From contig NC_068985.1 of assembly GCF_001194135.2 (NCBI RefSeq), positions 91,458,896-91,496,429 on the forward strand: DNA of 37,534 bases, given 5' to 3'. The notes below the pieces were generated by a model that saw only the letters and a list, made by a program, of their open reading frames with translations, had not been told where the DNA came from and did not search any database. The position numbers and the translations under genes are program-made. This DNA is from Octopus bimaculoides (lineage: Eukaryota). Position 1 is the first letter of the stretch; each line of letters begins with the position of its first letter. Shown here piece by piece: positions 25,288-37,534 of the stretch.

Positions 25288-28200
25288 TGGATAAGATCGT
25301 TGTAAAATTTATGCTACGCATTTTGCGTATAGTGGATCACGTCCTTATAACAAGTGATATTTTCACGAGAAAGAAAATATAAAAGAGGAATGAATCATAT
25401 TATTTGCATAATTGTGAGGCCAGAATATCATTTATTAATCTGGGACACATGATAATTACTATGACTTTCGTGTGCATGTGTCATCATTGCTTACTCAGTG
25501 GAACCCATTCATTTGTTTTTCTCAACGTACCAGCCCATTTGACATCCATTGTAGACATATAAATGTGGGAAAACACGCATTTATTTACTGCAAAATTTGA
25601 AATGATTTCTTTTTGTTACAATGGAGACGGAAGGATAACTTAGCAATAACTAATATTTTGAGATATTAGATATTTCTCAATGTATCTGTATGAACAGAAA
25701 CGCTTCAACCACTCATATTACAATAAGCTGCAGTTATTCCAGCCGAAGTGATCTCACCCATTACCTCCAGTGTGTCCTTCATTTAAAAAAAGAATGTTGG
25801 ATTTGATTTGAGGAAGGATCTCATGCGAACACGGTTTCAATGCATAGCAGTATGTTCCTAGGTCAATATCTCTAAATGTTTTTATTCTCAAAGTAACTTC
25901 GTATAGCAATAACAAAATATTACGAACAATAATTCTTGTTTTGCTTCAGGTCAATGCTGATCGAATAAATATCTATGACCAAAATATTTGTTATTAATTT
26001 ATTATCTCACCATGTTGTTTTAGAGTTACAATGGATTGCATTATCTAATATGATTACATTCCGAAATAACATTGTTTTATTTGAGAGAGATTCATTGCTA
26101 TTTCCAGCAGAGAGATGAGTCATAGAGAGGCTACGTTTCGACCTTTTTTATTACTAAAGTAAACAACTCAGGAAAGCGTACGTAAATTAAGCCGTTAACA
26201 TATTTATTCCTAATAGAAGATTGTTAAACACAATTATCATGGAGGAAATTTCCAGCCTATGATTGTTTCCAGAGCCTAAAGATTTGGTGGAAGGGAAGGA
26301 CAATCACGCTACGTCGAAATGAATATGTTCCGTCGTGTGGCAGAATATACCTACTAAGTTAAGCATGAACAACTCAGTCAAGAAATATCCGTTTAACTTC
26401 AGTCTACCAAACGTTTCAGAGTAATAGTTGGTCGACCTGCAGCTAGAATAAATATGATTTTTGCGCAAACTGCCATCGAACATTGTTCAAATTACTTTCA
26501 GAATGAAATTTTTAAAACGCAGAATTATGTAGGAACTAATCAAATTAAAGAGAGTCTAATATAAGGCTATTTCATTCTGCATACAATATACTTTATGGTG
26601 AAAGCCTACTGGTAATTCTTGCATACCTCCATTACATTCCGTGTCTGTCCTAAAGAATACTGGTTTAATATTCCTTCATATTTTTTCATATTTTTCTTTA
26701 CCATTTTATTCCAAGTATACATTTCCGACTAATCCAATAATGTTACTTTATTTTCTTACACTCTGTAATATAAAGCAAAGCTACTGTTACTGTCACCATG
26801 ATGAAGATGCAGAAGATTATGCTCTGAAAATTTTATTAACAATGCGAGGATGTACATCATGAATAATTATATCAATCTTGTATACAAGACATTTAACGAT
26901 CTTTCTGTTGTTTTTTTTTTGTTTTTTTTTACTTCGCAGCGGTTTCGAACGACAAGACAGCACTAATTTTATATCTTATGTATTTTACTACATATTGTGT
27001 ATATCATCCTAATTACCTTTAATATATCGAAGTATATATGCAAGGAGATAATTCTTTGAAAATTATATTTACATCTTTCTGCTTTGAAAAGAACTTACCG
27101 CGCGTGTGTCTATCTTTGGTAATTGCTACATTTTCGCAAATAATTGCCACTTCTTTCTATTTCCTCGTTGTCAAAAGCATATCTGACGTTCCTCTCATAT
27201 CCTCTCAGATGATTGTGGTCTAAAGCGCAGGTGACAAATGAAGGTTTCAAGTTATTATGCGCTTGAAACTAGTTAGGTCTACACATGTCACCACACTTCC
27301 AGCGCCATAGATCTTTAAACATATGGAATGACAAATGAGGCTACCATACACAGACACCCGTGTATCATTGGATTATAATGGTAAGCGCTTGTACAACATG
27401 AGGACTACTCTCTGTGTCACAGTGATTAATAGCCATTGTCAGGCCGAGGCGAGATGACAAATAACGATGTGAAAGGTTGTACATCAATATCCCTTTCCAA
27501 GAAAAAATGTTCCCCAACAGCAGGCAGTCTCTCACTCCCAGAGGGTTTTCTGTGCGCTCTAATATTAACGAAATATACTTTTGCGTCCCAAATCTCGAAT
27601 GGAATGTCTTAGGTATGAGTTCATTTGGCATCCCGCAGTTCGTCTCTGGTTCATGACTTCCACTTTTAGTTGCTATTTTCCCCTGGGCTACTCAGACTCT
27701 AAGCAGTAGCACTTGACAGAATGCCAGCTTAGGACTAACTAACATATATGATATTTATATATACATATGATATCATATAGATATATGATATGTATATATA
27801 CACATGTATATGCCTGTATGAACGATATAAGTGTATAAATAAAAATAAAGACATATACATATACGTATAATGGGAGAGGTGTGGGAAAATGTGTAGAATA
27901 ATAATATTCATTTATAATATTCATACAGAGAAACACGAATGCCGGCAACAAGGAAACACATCTGCCTTTCTGATCAGTTGGTGTGTCCTTCAAAAAGGAA
28001 GACATGTGGAATTAGCTCAAGCGTCAGAACGTGCAAGAAATGAGGAAAACAACTGCATCTAAAGTTTGAACTGATAAATCGAAGACTATGCTTTTTATGT
28101 ACTTTTAATTCTGACTATATTCTCTTTGAATATAGCTTAAAGTGATCCGGTCTTGTATCCTCAGTAACTAACTGACTGCATTCTCGACCGTCAATGAATA

Positions 28201-28623
28201 CTGGAGATATACTAAATCGAATATATTGCAATGATCCATGTGCATCACATATTCATCTAAAGATGGGTTACTATCCGCATCATACAGAATGGAATATCAC
28301 GCTGAAGGGAGAAAATCGTAATGATAGCGATGGGAATTTAGACATGTTATGTGTTTAAGAATAATTTTCGAACGACAGTCTGAAACGATAACTTTCTGTA
28401 AATTTAGTCGTATCCTTCAGCCATTTTAACGAACAGAAAATTTTCGATGATATACGCCTTGTTTGTTTTATTCTATGAGAAGTTTTAGACTTTAACCAGG
28501 AACTCCTACTACCGGATATTGTGGACTTCCCTTTATGATAGGCTTAACATTTACCGTCTACGAATCACCCAGCGACGCATGACTTCGGCAAAATAATACT
28601 AAGAAGTAAAACAGCTTATTTAC

Positions 28624-28713
28624 CTGATATCGAGGTGACGAAGTCCATTTAGGTCCTTGAAAATCATAATCGTGGAATTTTTTCCGGGGTTCGTCTCTCT
28701 CACTTGGCATCAT
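28624..28713 (-). CDS. Candidate first coding exon of an unidentified gene (MMPSERDEPRKKFHDYDFQGPKWTSSPRYQ)
   Basis: ATG with an in-frame stop 4 codons upstream, 30 codons, then phase-0 donor CAG|GTAAAT. Locally CpG-rich. No recognisable homology. Confidence 0.22.
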
Positions 28714-28831
28714 CAAATGAGGCTACAATTTTTTATCTGATAGCGCCCTTTTTAGCTATGTCACCACAGCTAATAATGATATTTATTAACCTAAAATCAT
28801 GCGCCATTTTCTCAGCTACTGCTACATATAT

Positions 28832-29067
28832 NNNNNNNNNNNNNNNNNNNNNNNNNNNNNNNNNNNNNNNNNNNNNNNNNNNNNNNNNNNNNNNNNNNNN
28901 NNNNNNNNNNNNNNNNNNNNNNNNNNNNNNNNNNNNNNNNNNNNNNNNNNNNNNNNNNNNNNNNNNNNNNNNNNNNNNNNNNNNNNNNNNNNNNNNNNNN
29001 NNNNNNNNNNNNNNNNNNNNNNNNNNNNNNNNNNNNNNNNNNNNNNNNNNNNNNNNNNNNNNNNNNN
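28832..29067. other. Assembly gap flanked by (TA)n
   Basis: Run of N. Confidence 0.99.
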
Positions 29068-29099
<32 letters not shown>

Positions 29100-29895
29100 C
29101 TGTCTTGCTTTTGAGAGATATCAACCGTGATTCCCATCTAATAACATTAATTAGTTATCTTATCCAATCGATAATTCGTGCACATTGAATGACTTCATAA
29201 CTTCACAGTAACTGAGATTCTGACTCTGGGTTTAATTTCGCCAGAGTGTGCAAATCAGAAAGCTATGTTTTACCGACATCATGAACACTTACGCTATTCT
29301 CGTTCTGATAACCAAAAATATACTACACCTAGATAATATATGGATGACCACATGTGCTTTCCTTAAAACTGCATTTGTACAAATGGAAATTTCAGCCGGT
29401 TATCAGCAGACTGTTAGCAGAGCCTGATCAATTTTGCAAGGCTTTTGCAGGCCTCAAGGCTACAACTTATATTCTTTTCTAGTTGCCACTATGAAGAGAA
29501 GAAGCAACTTCCTTCCCTTCCAACTCTGTTATAAATGTACACTTAGTTACACAAATCTAATTAGTCTCTTTCTTTACTTTTAATCTTTGATAGGAAACAT
29601 TACAAGAAATGAAGTAACGTACGTATATGCTATTGATAACAAAATCAAACCATTCGATGTTACAGGCATCCTGTTTTCAACTGCGGAATGTTCTCAGCCC
29701 AATAAAAACCAAAGTATGCATAAATATAGTGTTAATGTTTCCAACAAGAGAGTCACCAATCTCAACCTCAGAAATAAACTAGAACATAAGAAATTTCAGG
29801 TTTTCCATAACAGATACAACGAAACCAATGTTTTAACTTTCAGTCGAAATACTCTCAAGAAAATTGTATTCGTTATAACTTTTTTCAATGTGATA

Positions 29896-30695
29896 TTACT
29901 TACATACTTATTTAAATAAGTTTCGGCCAACGTTGGCCTCGGCTTTGACTAATTTAATAGCACCACCTGGAAGAGATACACAGTCAGCTCGTGGGCACTT
30001 TAGCCCATTTGAGCAGAGAGTTATTGGTTTCAGAGACATATTAGGGTGTTGGTGGTTTGTGTGGTATTTGTTGGAGGTAATCATTATCTAAGGACTGCCG
30101 TGGAATCACTTTCCTCTTTTGTGTGCGCTGGCACGATGTTGAAGAGAGTAGGGCCAGTTGAGGCGAAATAGTTCTGTCATAGTGTTGAGGTAGGACACGA
30201 ATATGATTTCTGTAGTGGAAGGATGGCACGTGGACCAAGGCCCGGATGAGTTTTAGAGATGATACCTATATCCTTTGAGCGATGTTGATGGAATATTTTC
30301 CACATCATACAGATGATATAGCTCACACGGCCACATAGCAGGGGGTAAAGCCAGAGCTTTTTGACTCGATCCCAATCGTCAAGGCTTGTCATGTAATCTA
30401 TTTGCTTGTGATTGATCTCTGGAGAGTGTCATTTTTCATAATATTCTCTATCGTGTGGTGTAGTGGTGGACCACTGCGGACATCAGTTTTCAAGGTGAGA
30501 TCGAGCAAAAGTAGAGAAAAGTAGAGTAATGGTAGGGGCGTCTCTAGACCGGAAATCCTGAGAATCCAAGAGTCCGCTCTGCGAGCCATGTCAACTGTGT
30601 GAGAACTCCAGCATATTTTGTAACACCCAGGTCTCTAGTAGTGATGGACGCCACGAGGGCTTCGCTCGAGGGAAGAGTGTATGGTTGTTAGAATG
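29896..30695 (-). mobile_element. 5'-truncated, decayed CR1/L2-group LINE (end of RT, C-terminal region, 3' UTR, AAGT-like tail)
   Basis: Minus-strand fragments TRDLGV, FARSHLEN*CPQWS, LDDWDRVKKLWLYPL...YIICMMWKIF, NYFASTGPTLFNIVP and YLQQIPHKPPTP*YVSETNNSLLKW match CR1-type motifs (EKDLGV, RPHLEYC..W, Y.ERL..L.LYSL, FN.LP). Multiple stops and frameshifts. Confidence 0.88.
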
Positions 30696-32923
30696 CTTGG
30701 ATTAGTTTCAACTTTTTCTCGTTTAGCTGCATGTTATATTTCTCCGCTCATTGGATAACAGCTAACAGATGGGAAGTTAATAAAATACATTATCTCACTG
30801 ACGTATATGTAATAGTCACAGAAATAAGAATTAAAATATATTCGTATTAAGTATCTTAGTAACGAATTAGAAAGGAAAATAATTCATGTCTATAACAATT
30901 CATGTATAACTTTCTCCGATGATGGAATATTTGATAATAACGCATGTTATATAAAGTAAATCATTGTGTTTTTTCTAAGAATCCAATCCGTCCTAATAAG
31001 TCAACTACAAATCAAAATTCTGAATAAGCAAAACCTCACATTTCTTTACTGTTATTCTAAATATAATTTTGCTTCTCTGTATGTATTCAGTTTCGGCTCA
31101 ATTAATAAAGACAACAAACATATCTACTTCTATATATATTATATGAATTTATTTTCTAGTGTTCTTTTGTTTAACTTTACATTACTTTTCAATATAATCA
31201 TAACTTCATATCTTTTTTAGAAAGTTTTGATAAGAAGCTTTGCACAAACATGGTAGTTTCATTATATTAACGAGATAATTCTGTATTATTATTATAATGT
31301 ATAATTTTTTAAAGCTGATTTTTCAATTAACTTTCAGTTCTTTTCATTCGTTATTAAAATTCTTTCTCTAAAGAAACAATTTTACAAGCGAATAAACAGT
31401 GACTCATCTTCAGATACTAGAATCCTCTTACGATCTTTTTTATATTCAGAAGGTTTTATTCTGTATGAAAAATAATTAGAGTTAAAGAATTGTATTTATT
31501 AAAATTACAGCAGATGAAGTAAATGGAGAAACATGAGTGTGGGTAATATACACACACATTTACATTAATTTCACTAATTTTTTTTTGTTTTGCTCACTAT
31601 TGAAAATCACTGTTCATAATTTACACTTCCTGAGATAAATTTAATCCAGTAGATATTATAAGAGTGTTTGTGTCGCATCCTATTAGTTGAAATATCGTTA
31701 AATATGATATTACTGCCTTCTTTATTATCCTTAACATGAATTTGATGTTATCATTTCGAACTCGCAAATTTCTTTTTTTACAGTGGTATTACTATAATTT
31801 ATATCTGCATGTCTCAATTAAGATGATTTTAATAGCGATCAGGCATATGGTAGCGATTGAATTATTCCATTCGATTTTTCGAAGTGTAGTCTATTCTTCG
31901 CTACAGTAGCGACAACATGAATTTCTTCGGATCTTTTCCTTTTGGCCGGTACATAGAAAAAATATTTTTTTGTAACTAAACACTTCCAAATTTCGTATAC
32001 TAGTAGAATGTATCATTTAAAACATCATTTACTCTTGGCGTTTTAAAAAAGAATTCTTTATTTTCGAAGTTATTTCGTATTAAAGTTGTCGCATTTCGGT
32101 GATTTCAACCAATCAATGACGTCTATTGAGGTGAAAACAGGTACTGAATTTTAGAAACACAAGTATGCATAAACTAAACGTTTATATAATACAAACATAT
32201 TTTGTTTAACATAGCAGAATAGATTCCATTTTCTAGTGTCTTTTATTTAAGTTGTTCGTTCAATTTTAATGTTTCTGATTTACAATCAGCCTTCAGCTAA
32301 TTCTCCGATATTTCACTCTACCTTGTTTTCGCTGGTTTAATTTTCTCTTAATTCTTTTGAATACTGCTTTAATTCTGCTTTTATGCTTATATTTTCTCTG
32401 CTTTTGATGTCTCCTGCTGTCCTCCGTGAAAATAAATTTGTCTTTAATATTACTTATACAAAAACTGAATGAATTTAAGACAAATTGTTTGTGGACTGCA
32501 ACAGTAGGAAATAGTTTAATTAGGATTTAAGAAATAATCTTGTAATGTTTATTATATCCTTTGTGGATGTAGTTTAAAAATTCAGTCCGGTTCTAATGAG
32601 ATTTATAAAAAGAGTTGTTCAGTCTGAAAATATTTGTCGTGCCAGTATATCAGATTGTTCGTAATTACATGCATCCTCTCTCTTACGACTTACACCACTA
32701 ATCAAAACAACGTTCATTTTAGTCATTATATAGAAATATGTATGTGTATGCGTACTTATGACTGTGAGAGAGCCCCCAAACTCAACATAATCCTATATTT
32801 AAATTAGATTGAAGTAAATTTTATTAGAAATTCCACAGGAAATAAACTTCTTTGACCTGCTTAGCTCAACGTAAATGAACCACTGAAATAAATCACAATA
32901 TAAATAAAGTTAAAAAAATTTGA

Positions 32924-33168
32924 AGCTACCGCCTCGAGTCATGCGGCCTTATTAGGGCCGGATTCCATAGTATATATAGACCCCACCTGAACGGGACGCC
33001 AGTCTGAGGCAGGATTACTCATTATTGCCAGCTGAGTGAACTAGAGCAACTTGAAAGGATGTGTTATTCTCAAGAACACAACCGGTTGGTTGCCCGGTCC
33101 AGAATTCGAAACCACAAACACACGGTCATGAGTCCAACACCCTAAACACTAAACCACGCGCCTCCACT
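32924..33168 (-). mobile_element. tRNA-derived SINE, family C
   Basis: Minus strand starts GTGGAGGCGCGTGGTTTAGTGTTTAGG (A-box-like), then GGTTTCGAATTCTGG (B-box-like), then TTGTGTTCTTGAG and a body distinct from families A and B. Confidence 0.8.
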
Positions 33169-34371
33169 AAGTCACGTTATACCACTGATACAAATATCTA
33201 GCATATTCCACGTTAATTTCTAATAAATTGCATAGGAAAAAATGCTTTACTTTATCACTTAAGTTACAGACACAACACAGAAACTGCTACCATGTTATGA
33301 CCAGCTCACTTTAGAGTGAAAGAAATTGAGAAGAAACACTTTAATTCTGGGTCTTTTATTCTGAAGACCTTTTATTTTTCAGCTCTCCTGAGAGTTTCTT
33401 AGCACTAGCTACGCAACCTATGTATTTTTCTCTCTTTTACTGTCGAAATCTACAAGAAACCGTGTAACATTGAGTTTAAAATTCTAATTGTAATTACTTC
33501 CACACTGGTATTTAATGATGTCTGATCCTCTTATTTGGTCTTCTACACTGTAATGCATATTGATTTACATACACACATACAAGTGCATATATATCTAATA
33601 TATATGTGTGTGAATGTTTGTGTGTGTGAATGTATGTGTGTTAGCATGTATTCATACACACATTGTGATATTAAAAGTGCATGGAATCCTCAGACAAATT
33701 GTTAGTTTAATTTGGCGTTAGGTTCGCTGATGAACAAAGATAAGACCTCTGAATGAACCATAATGATGACAATATTAAAATGAAAATATGTGATTAGCAA
33801 CGACAAAAGCGAAAGTAAAACATACAGATATGATTATTACGGACTGTTCTGAATGATTCTGGTTTTTATCTTTATTATGTGTTACTAATGGTCGAGATAA
33901 TGATCGGTAAGATCATGAAAGGCAATCTAGTGCCTGTTGTTTTCTCCACCGAGGAGAGATTTCAGATTAAAATTATTCTTATAGTCTAATATAATAAGTA
34001 AATCATTAAAAACTTTTTTTATTGTTAATCTCAACATTAAAAAGGAATTATTGTTTACAGCTACTCGTAGTCGTATTTTCGATAAAGTTTCAACTCTAAA
34101 TATGAGGTTTTATAGTTCAAAACATCTTTATTTATATAAATCCTCAGTTATTATCTCACTCAGTCATCTAAATAATGGATTAAATTGTATTTCCATGCAA
34201 TTTATTACCAGAATACTTTCTCCATGTGGATCCTATCTATATCATCTATTCAGAGAAGGCATTAAAAAGATATTCTGTTATAATTTTGCTTAAAACTTCA
34301 GTTTACTTATTCACTTTATTTAATTTTTTGAGAGAAGTATGGCACTGAGCTGCATCTACAATAGTTTATCA

Positions 34372-35003
34372 CATGCAGGCACTGTATTAAGCCTGTTAAA
34401 ATAAATTTTCGCCTACGAGACTTGGACGGTTTAAAAATAGCACACCAAAACTCTATGAGAACGCTGTTGGAAATCCCCTAGCTAGACAAAGTCGCTGGCA
34501 CGGAAGTCCTCTCTCGAGCTGATCTACCAAGCATCTACACACTGCTAATGAGAATTCAAGACAGGTAGCTTTTCCACCTTGTTCAAATGCCTGACACGGG
34601 GCTCCGTAAGTCACTGTTTTACAGTGAAATGATGGACGGGTAGCGTAGTCTAGGCGGACAGAAAAAAAAAACGTATCAAAGATAACTCAGTATCTCACTG
34701 AAGAACTTTCTGATCAACCACACCAGCTGGAAAGCACAAGCACAAGACCACCCTGACTGAAGAAGCTGCACCAGTAGAAGAATCTTCTCATTCGAACAGA
34801 ACACGACTCCAAGGGCTCACAAAAGAACGCAAAGTACGCCAGTCCAGAACCAACTCATTCCTTTCACTCCCAACAGACTACCAGTAGCCGGCAGAGACTT
34901 GCGAGCACAAATCGGACTGATTGACCACAAACGGACGCACCATGACCTTTCTACTTCTCCTTTGTGATGGCCTTAGTCATCGTCGACAGCGATGAAAGAA
35001 CTA
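34372..35003 (+). mobile_element. 5'-truncated, decayed RTE-clade (RTE-BovB-like) LINE 3' fragment
   Basis: Fragments FAYETWTV, DKVAGTEVLSRADLPSIYTLLMRIQDR*LFHLVQMPDTGLRKSLFYSEMMDG*RSLGGQKK and zinc-finger remnant GRDLRAQIGLIDHKRTH. Short 3' UTR with hairpin TCATCG-TCGACAG-CGATGA (34977-34995). Confidence 0.9.
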
Positions 35004-35839
35004 ATTACAGAATCAATTGAACGTTGACATTAGTAGGATGAACATTCTAAAACCTAAAGAACCTTAATAACATACCCTCACTTATTTTGCAGGACAGACT
35101 ATTAATTGTGCTAGTGTAGCACCCATAAAATTAAGAGAACATTAGAAAATTAAGATATATATTGAACAGTTAATGGCAATCTCATATACTATGTAGCTGC
35201 TTCCAGTCTTATGAGGGAGTTTCAGATAATTCTTAGTGCTATTATCTGTTTTCAGGAGTCCGTTGAGCATCGTGTTAACAATATAATTACGATGTAATTT
35301 GTCGGAAATTATAATGTATTATCAATGCTCGCCTCAATGATACTCTCTTACAATTTATCTTATGAATAACAAGAAATCATTCCATGACATCATACTATAT
35401 TTGATCTCAATAAATCACTTTTGGGACTTAGAATGAAGACTGGTTTAATAAATATGAGATTTACTGTAATTTATTATTCAATCGATTGGATAAATATGAA
35501 CACTAACATAAAGCAACTTCGAAAATGTCGCGGTACTGTATTTGTTCCATTAACATTATTGTATTCCAAGAGCTGTGATTGTTATTTTTTATGAATCCAT
35601 TCTCATGTATTTCCGTTTTACTAAAGACATATATTAAATGAGAAACAATGCAATCATCAATTATAGATGTTTCTATATTTAATCACCAACTTCTGATTAT
35701 GTCTATTTCAAGGTTGGAAAAGTAATTCTATTTCTATAAGAGACAAATTATCATCAGTTGGGAATGATATTTCGATTAAGAGACACAATCTATGTTACCA
35801 TAATTACTAAATTACCATGAGGGTATCAGCAATATTTTC

Positions 35840-36150
35840 TGGTGTAGAACACCGATTATCAGTCATTAAATCTCAACAAATCGACCCCCAGTGTTCAGCG
35901 TATCGGTCCCATTTGCAAACGGCTAAGCTACATGGAGGTAAACAAACCACCACTGTTTGTGAAGCGGTAGCGATATATAAACACAAAGACACAGGCAAAC
36001 ACGAGTGGTTTCTTTAAGTCTCTTTCTACAAAATCCACTCGCAATGGTTTACTCGAGCGAGTGATGTTGTAGGAGACCCTTGCCCATTGTGTCAAGCGGT
36101 GAGATTGAACCCATGTGGTTGAAAATCAAATCTCTGACCACGTAGCCACA
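35840..36150 (-). mobile_element. SINE family A, old diverged copy
   Basis: AAATCGACCCCCAGT, TATCGGTCCC...GCTAAGCTAC, TCTACAAAATCCACTC, AGGAGACCCTTGCCCA and ATTGAACCCATGTGGTTG are collinear with 1707-2047. Confidence 0.78.
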
Positions 36151-36679
36151 AATACCACTTTAGTAATATGCGAGGTAGGAGAAATTTATTTATCATTTTA
36201 TTGCTCAGTTCTGCTTTAACCCATTACCTGCCATGAGCCCCATTTGGGAATCTCCTAAAAACAGTCTCACTGCCAGTGGCTCGTTTTAGTAGTTAAAATT
36301 TGTCATTATTAGCTCTGGCCAATTCTAGAGGACATTTTAAGTCATAAATCTCAATGTTTGAACTATAAAAATATTGACTGTTTTGAAGAGTTTATTCTTT
36401 TGTTATTTTTGCATTTTCCATTCCCATTCATTGATATTTCATACACAATCGCATTTGCTACTATAGTTCCCCAAAAATTACTAACATGTTCATTATTGAA
36501 TATAAAACGAAAAATGTGCTTTCTTTCAACGATCTCAATTTGGGACTTTTCGAAAAATTCATCATAATTCAGAAATGAAGAAAATTTACATGCTATATAT
36601 TATTTTAACTGACACCTGGCAAAACAAAAAATATAAATAAAAAGATTTGACAGATAATGTGTTAAGATAATTACAAATT

Positions 36680-36797
36680 GGTGAGCTCGCGGAATAGTTA
36701 TTGTTTCGGAGAATATGGCTAGTGACATTTCTTCAGACTCTTCGTGTTCTGAGTTCAAATTCTGGAGGTCGACTGTACCATTCATTATTTGGCGGTC
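36680..36797 (+). mobile_element. SINE family B, degraded 5' fragment
   Basis: GGTGAGCT...GTTCTGAGTTCAAATTCTGGAGGTCGACT is homologous to 25070-25170. Confidence 0.6.
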
Positions 36798-37474
36798 ATC
36801 CGAAAGAATTCTTTTTTCTTTAATGTTGATGACGATAATGCTATTCTTGTTCCAATCAAGTATCGACTCTTCATAAACAAGTTCTTTCTTGAAAATACGC
36901 TAAAAGTGCAAAACGATAACAGGAATATCGAAGCTTCGCGTAAACCTTGAAAGGTAACATCGATCACTAAGTTTAGACAGAAAATTCACGATTAAAAAGT
37001 ATTTTGGTTTTAATCTTGGTAGAGTTGGATTAGCAATTTCTGGAAACTTTGTATCCTTATATGGAATTGATTAAACCTCCACAGAAAATGATTCTTTATT
37101 ATTCATTTGTGTCATTTATAAACGGATATATGTATATATATATACATGAATGTGTGTACGCGTGTGTGTGATTTGTATTGTTATATCGATAATTAATACG
37201 CCATAGTGATTTTCATCATGTGAAGGTTTTTAAAGTTCTACTTAGTGGTAGGTCTATAAGCATAAATCGATATTACATTTTGTTTTTAGGTTGGTGAACA
37301 TTCATATGCGTAAACCAACGTTTTTCTTTAGACAGTTTAATGTAGGTGAATACATGTAAATAAATAGTGCAACGTCTTTATCTATTACTTTCTCATTTAT
37401 ACTTTGTTGCGTATTTTCAGTTCATTGACTGTAGATCTGTGCGCAATGATTATAACTAATGTTTTACGCACACA

Positions 37475-37498
37475 CATGCACACACACACAAACAAACA

Positions 37499-37534
<36 letters not shown>
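37475..37534 (+). repeat. (CA)n/(TA)n microsatellite running to the window end
   Basis: Read directly. Confidence 0.95.

Noticed and set aside
25905-26140. Segments here and at 31880-32210 that I recall as common octopus dispersed repeats
   Set aside because: No second copy in the window and no diagnostic ends. Recollection alone is insufficient; a RepeatMasker/BLAST run is needed.
27100-27700. Fanzor/TnpB-like (DIPFEIWD) or GIY-YIG-like (AVGEHF) hints on the minus strand
   Set aside because: No RuvC DPG/E/D motifs and no intact GIY/YIG pair. The resemblance is a few residues only.
4307-29188. Long ORF-track entries rich in X, H/T, C/V, Y/I or E/R
   Set aside because: They are translations of N-gaps and microsatellites.
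1-37534. CRISPR array, rRNA, genuine tRNA gene or prokaryote-type operon
   Set aside because: No spaced direct-repeat array or rRNA motif is present. All tRNA-like A/B boxes belong to SINE heads lacking a complete cloverleaf.

Overview
AT-rich eukaryotic genomic DNA from a gapped draft assembly, with six N-runs, most flanked by microsatellites. From my recollection of cephalopod repeats (unverified), the SINE types and dense (CA)/(TA)/(GATA)/(CAT) arrays indicate Octopus. No complete host gene, rRNA, true tRNA or CRISPR array can be supported, and almost all ORF-track entries are microsatellite, gap or chance ORFs. Recognisable content: (i) the 3' end of a restriction-like-endonuclease non-LTR retrotransposon (R4/Dong-like) running into a (TAA)17 array at the window start; (ii) a decayed CR1/L2-type LINE 3' fragment (29896-30695, minus) and a decayed RTE-clade LINE 3' fragment (34372-35003, plus); (iii) nine tRNA-derived SINE copies from three families; (iv) a twice-occurring ~88-bp repeat attached to microsatellites, with Penelope/hammerhead-like character. 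The best new observation is that the family A SINE tail and the CR1-type LINE tail share a GGTGCT...stem-loop-GAAAC architecture with two compensatory base-pair changes, which nominates the LINE-SINE partnership. A weak candidate gene 5' end lies at about 28.6-28.8 kb on the minus strand. I found no convincing evidence of a wholly new multi-gene system.
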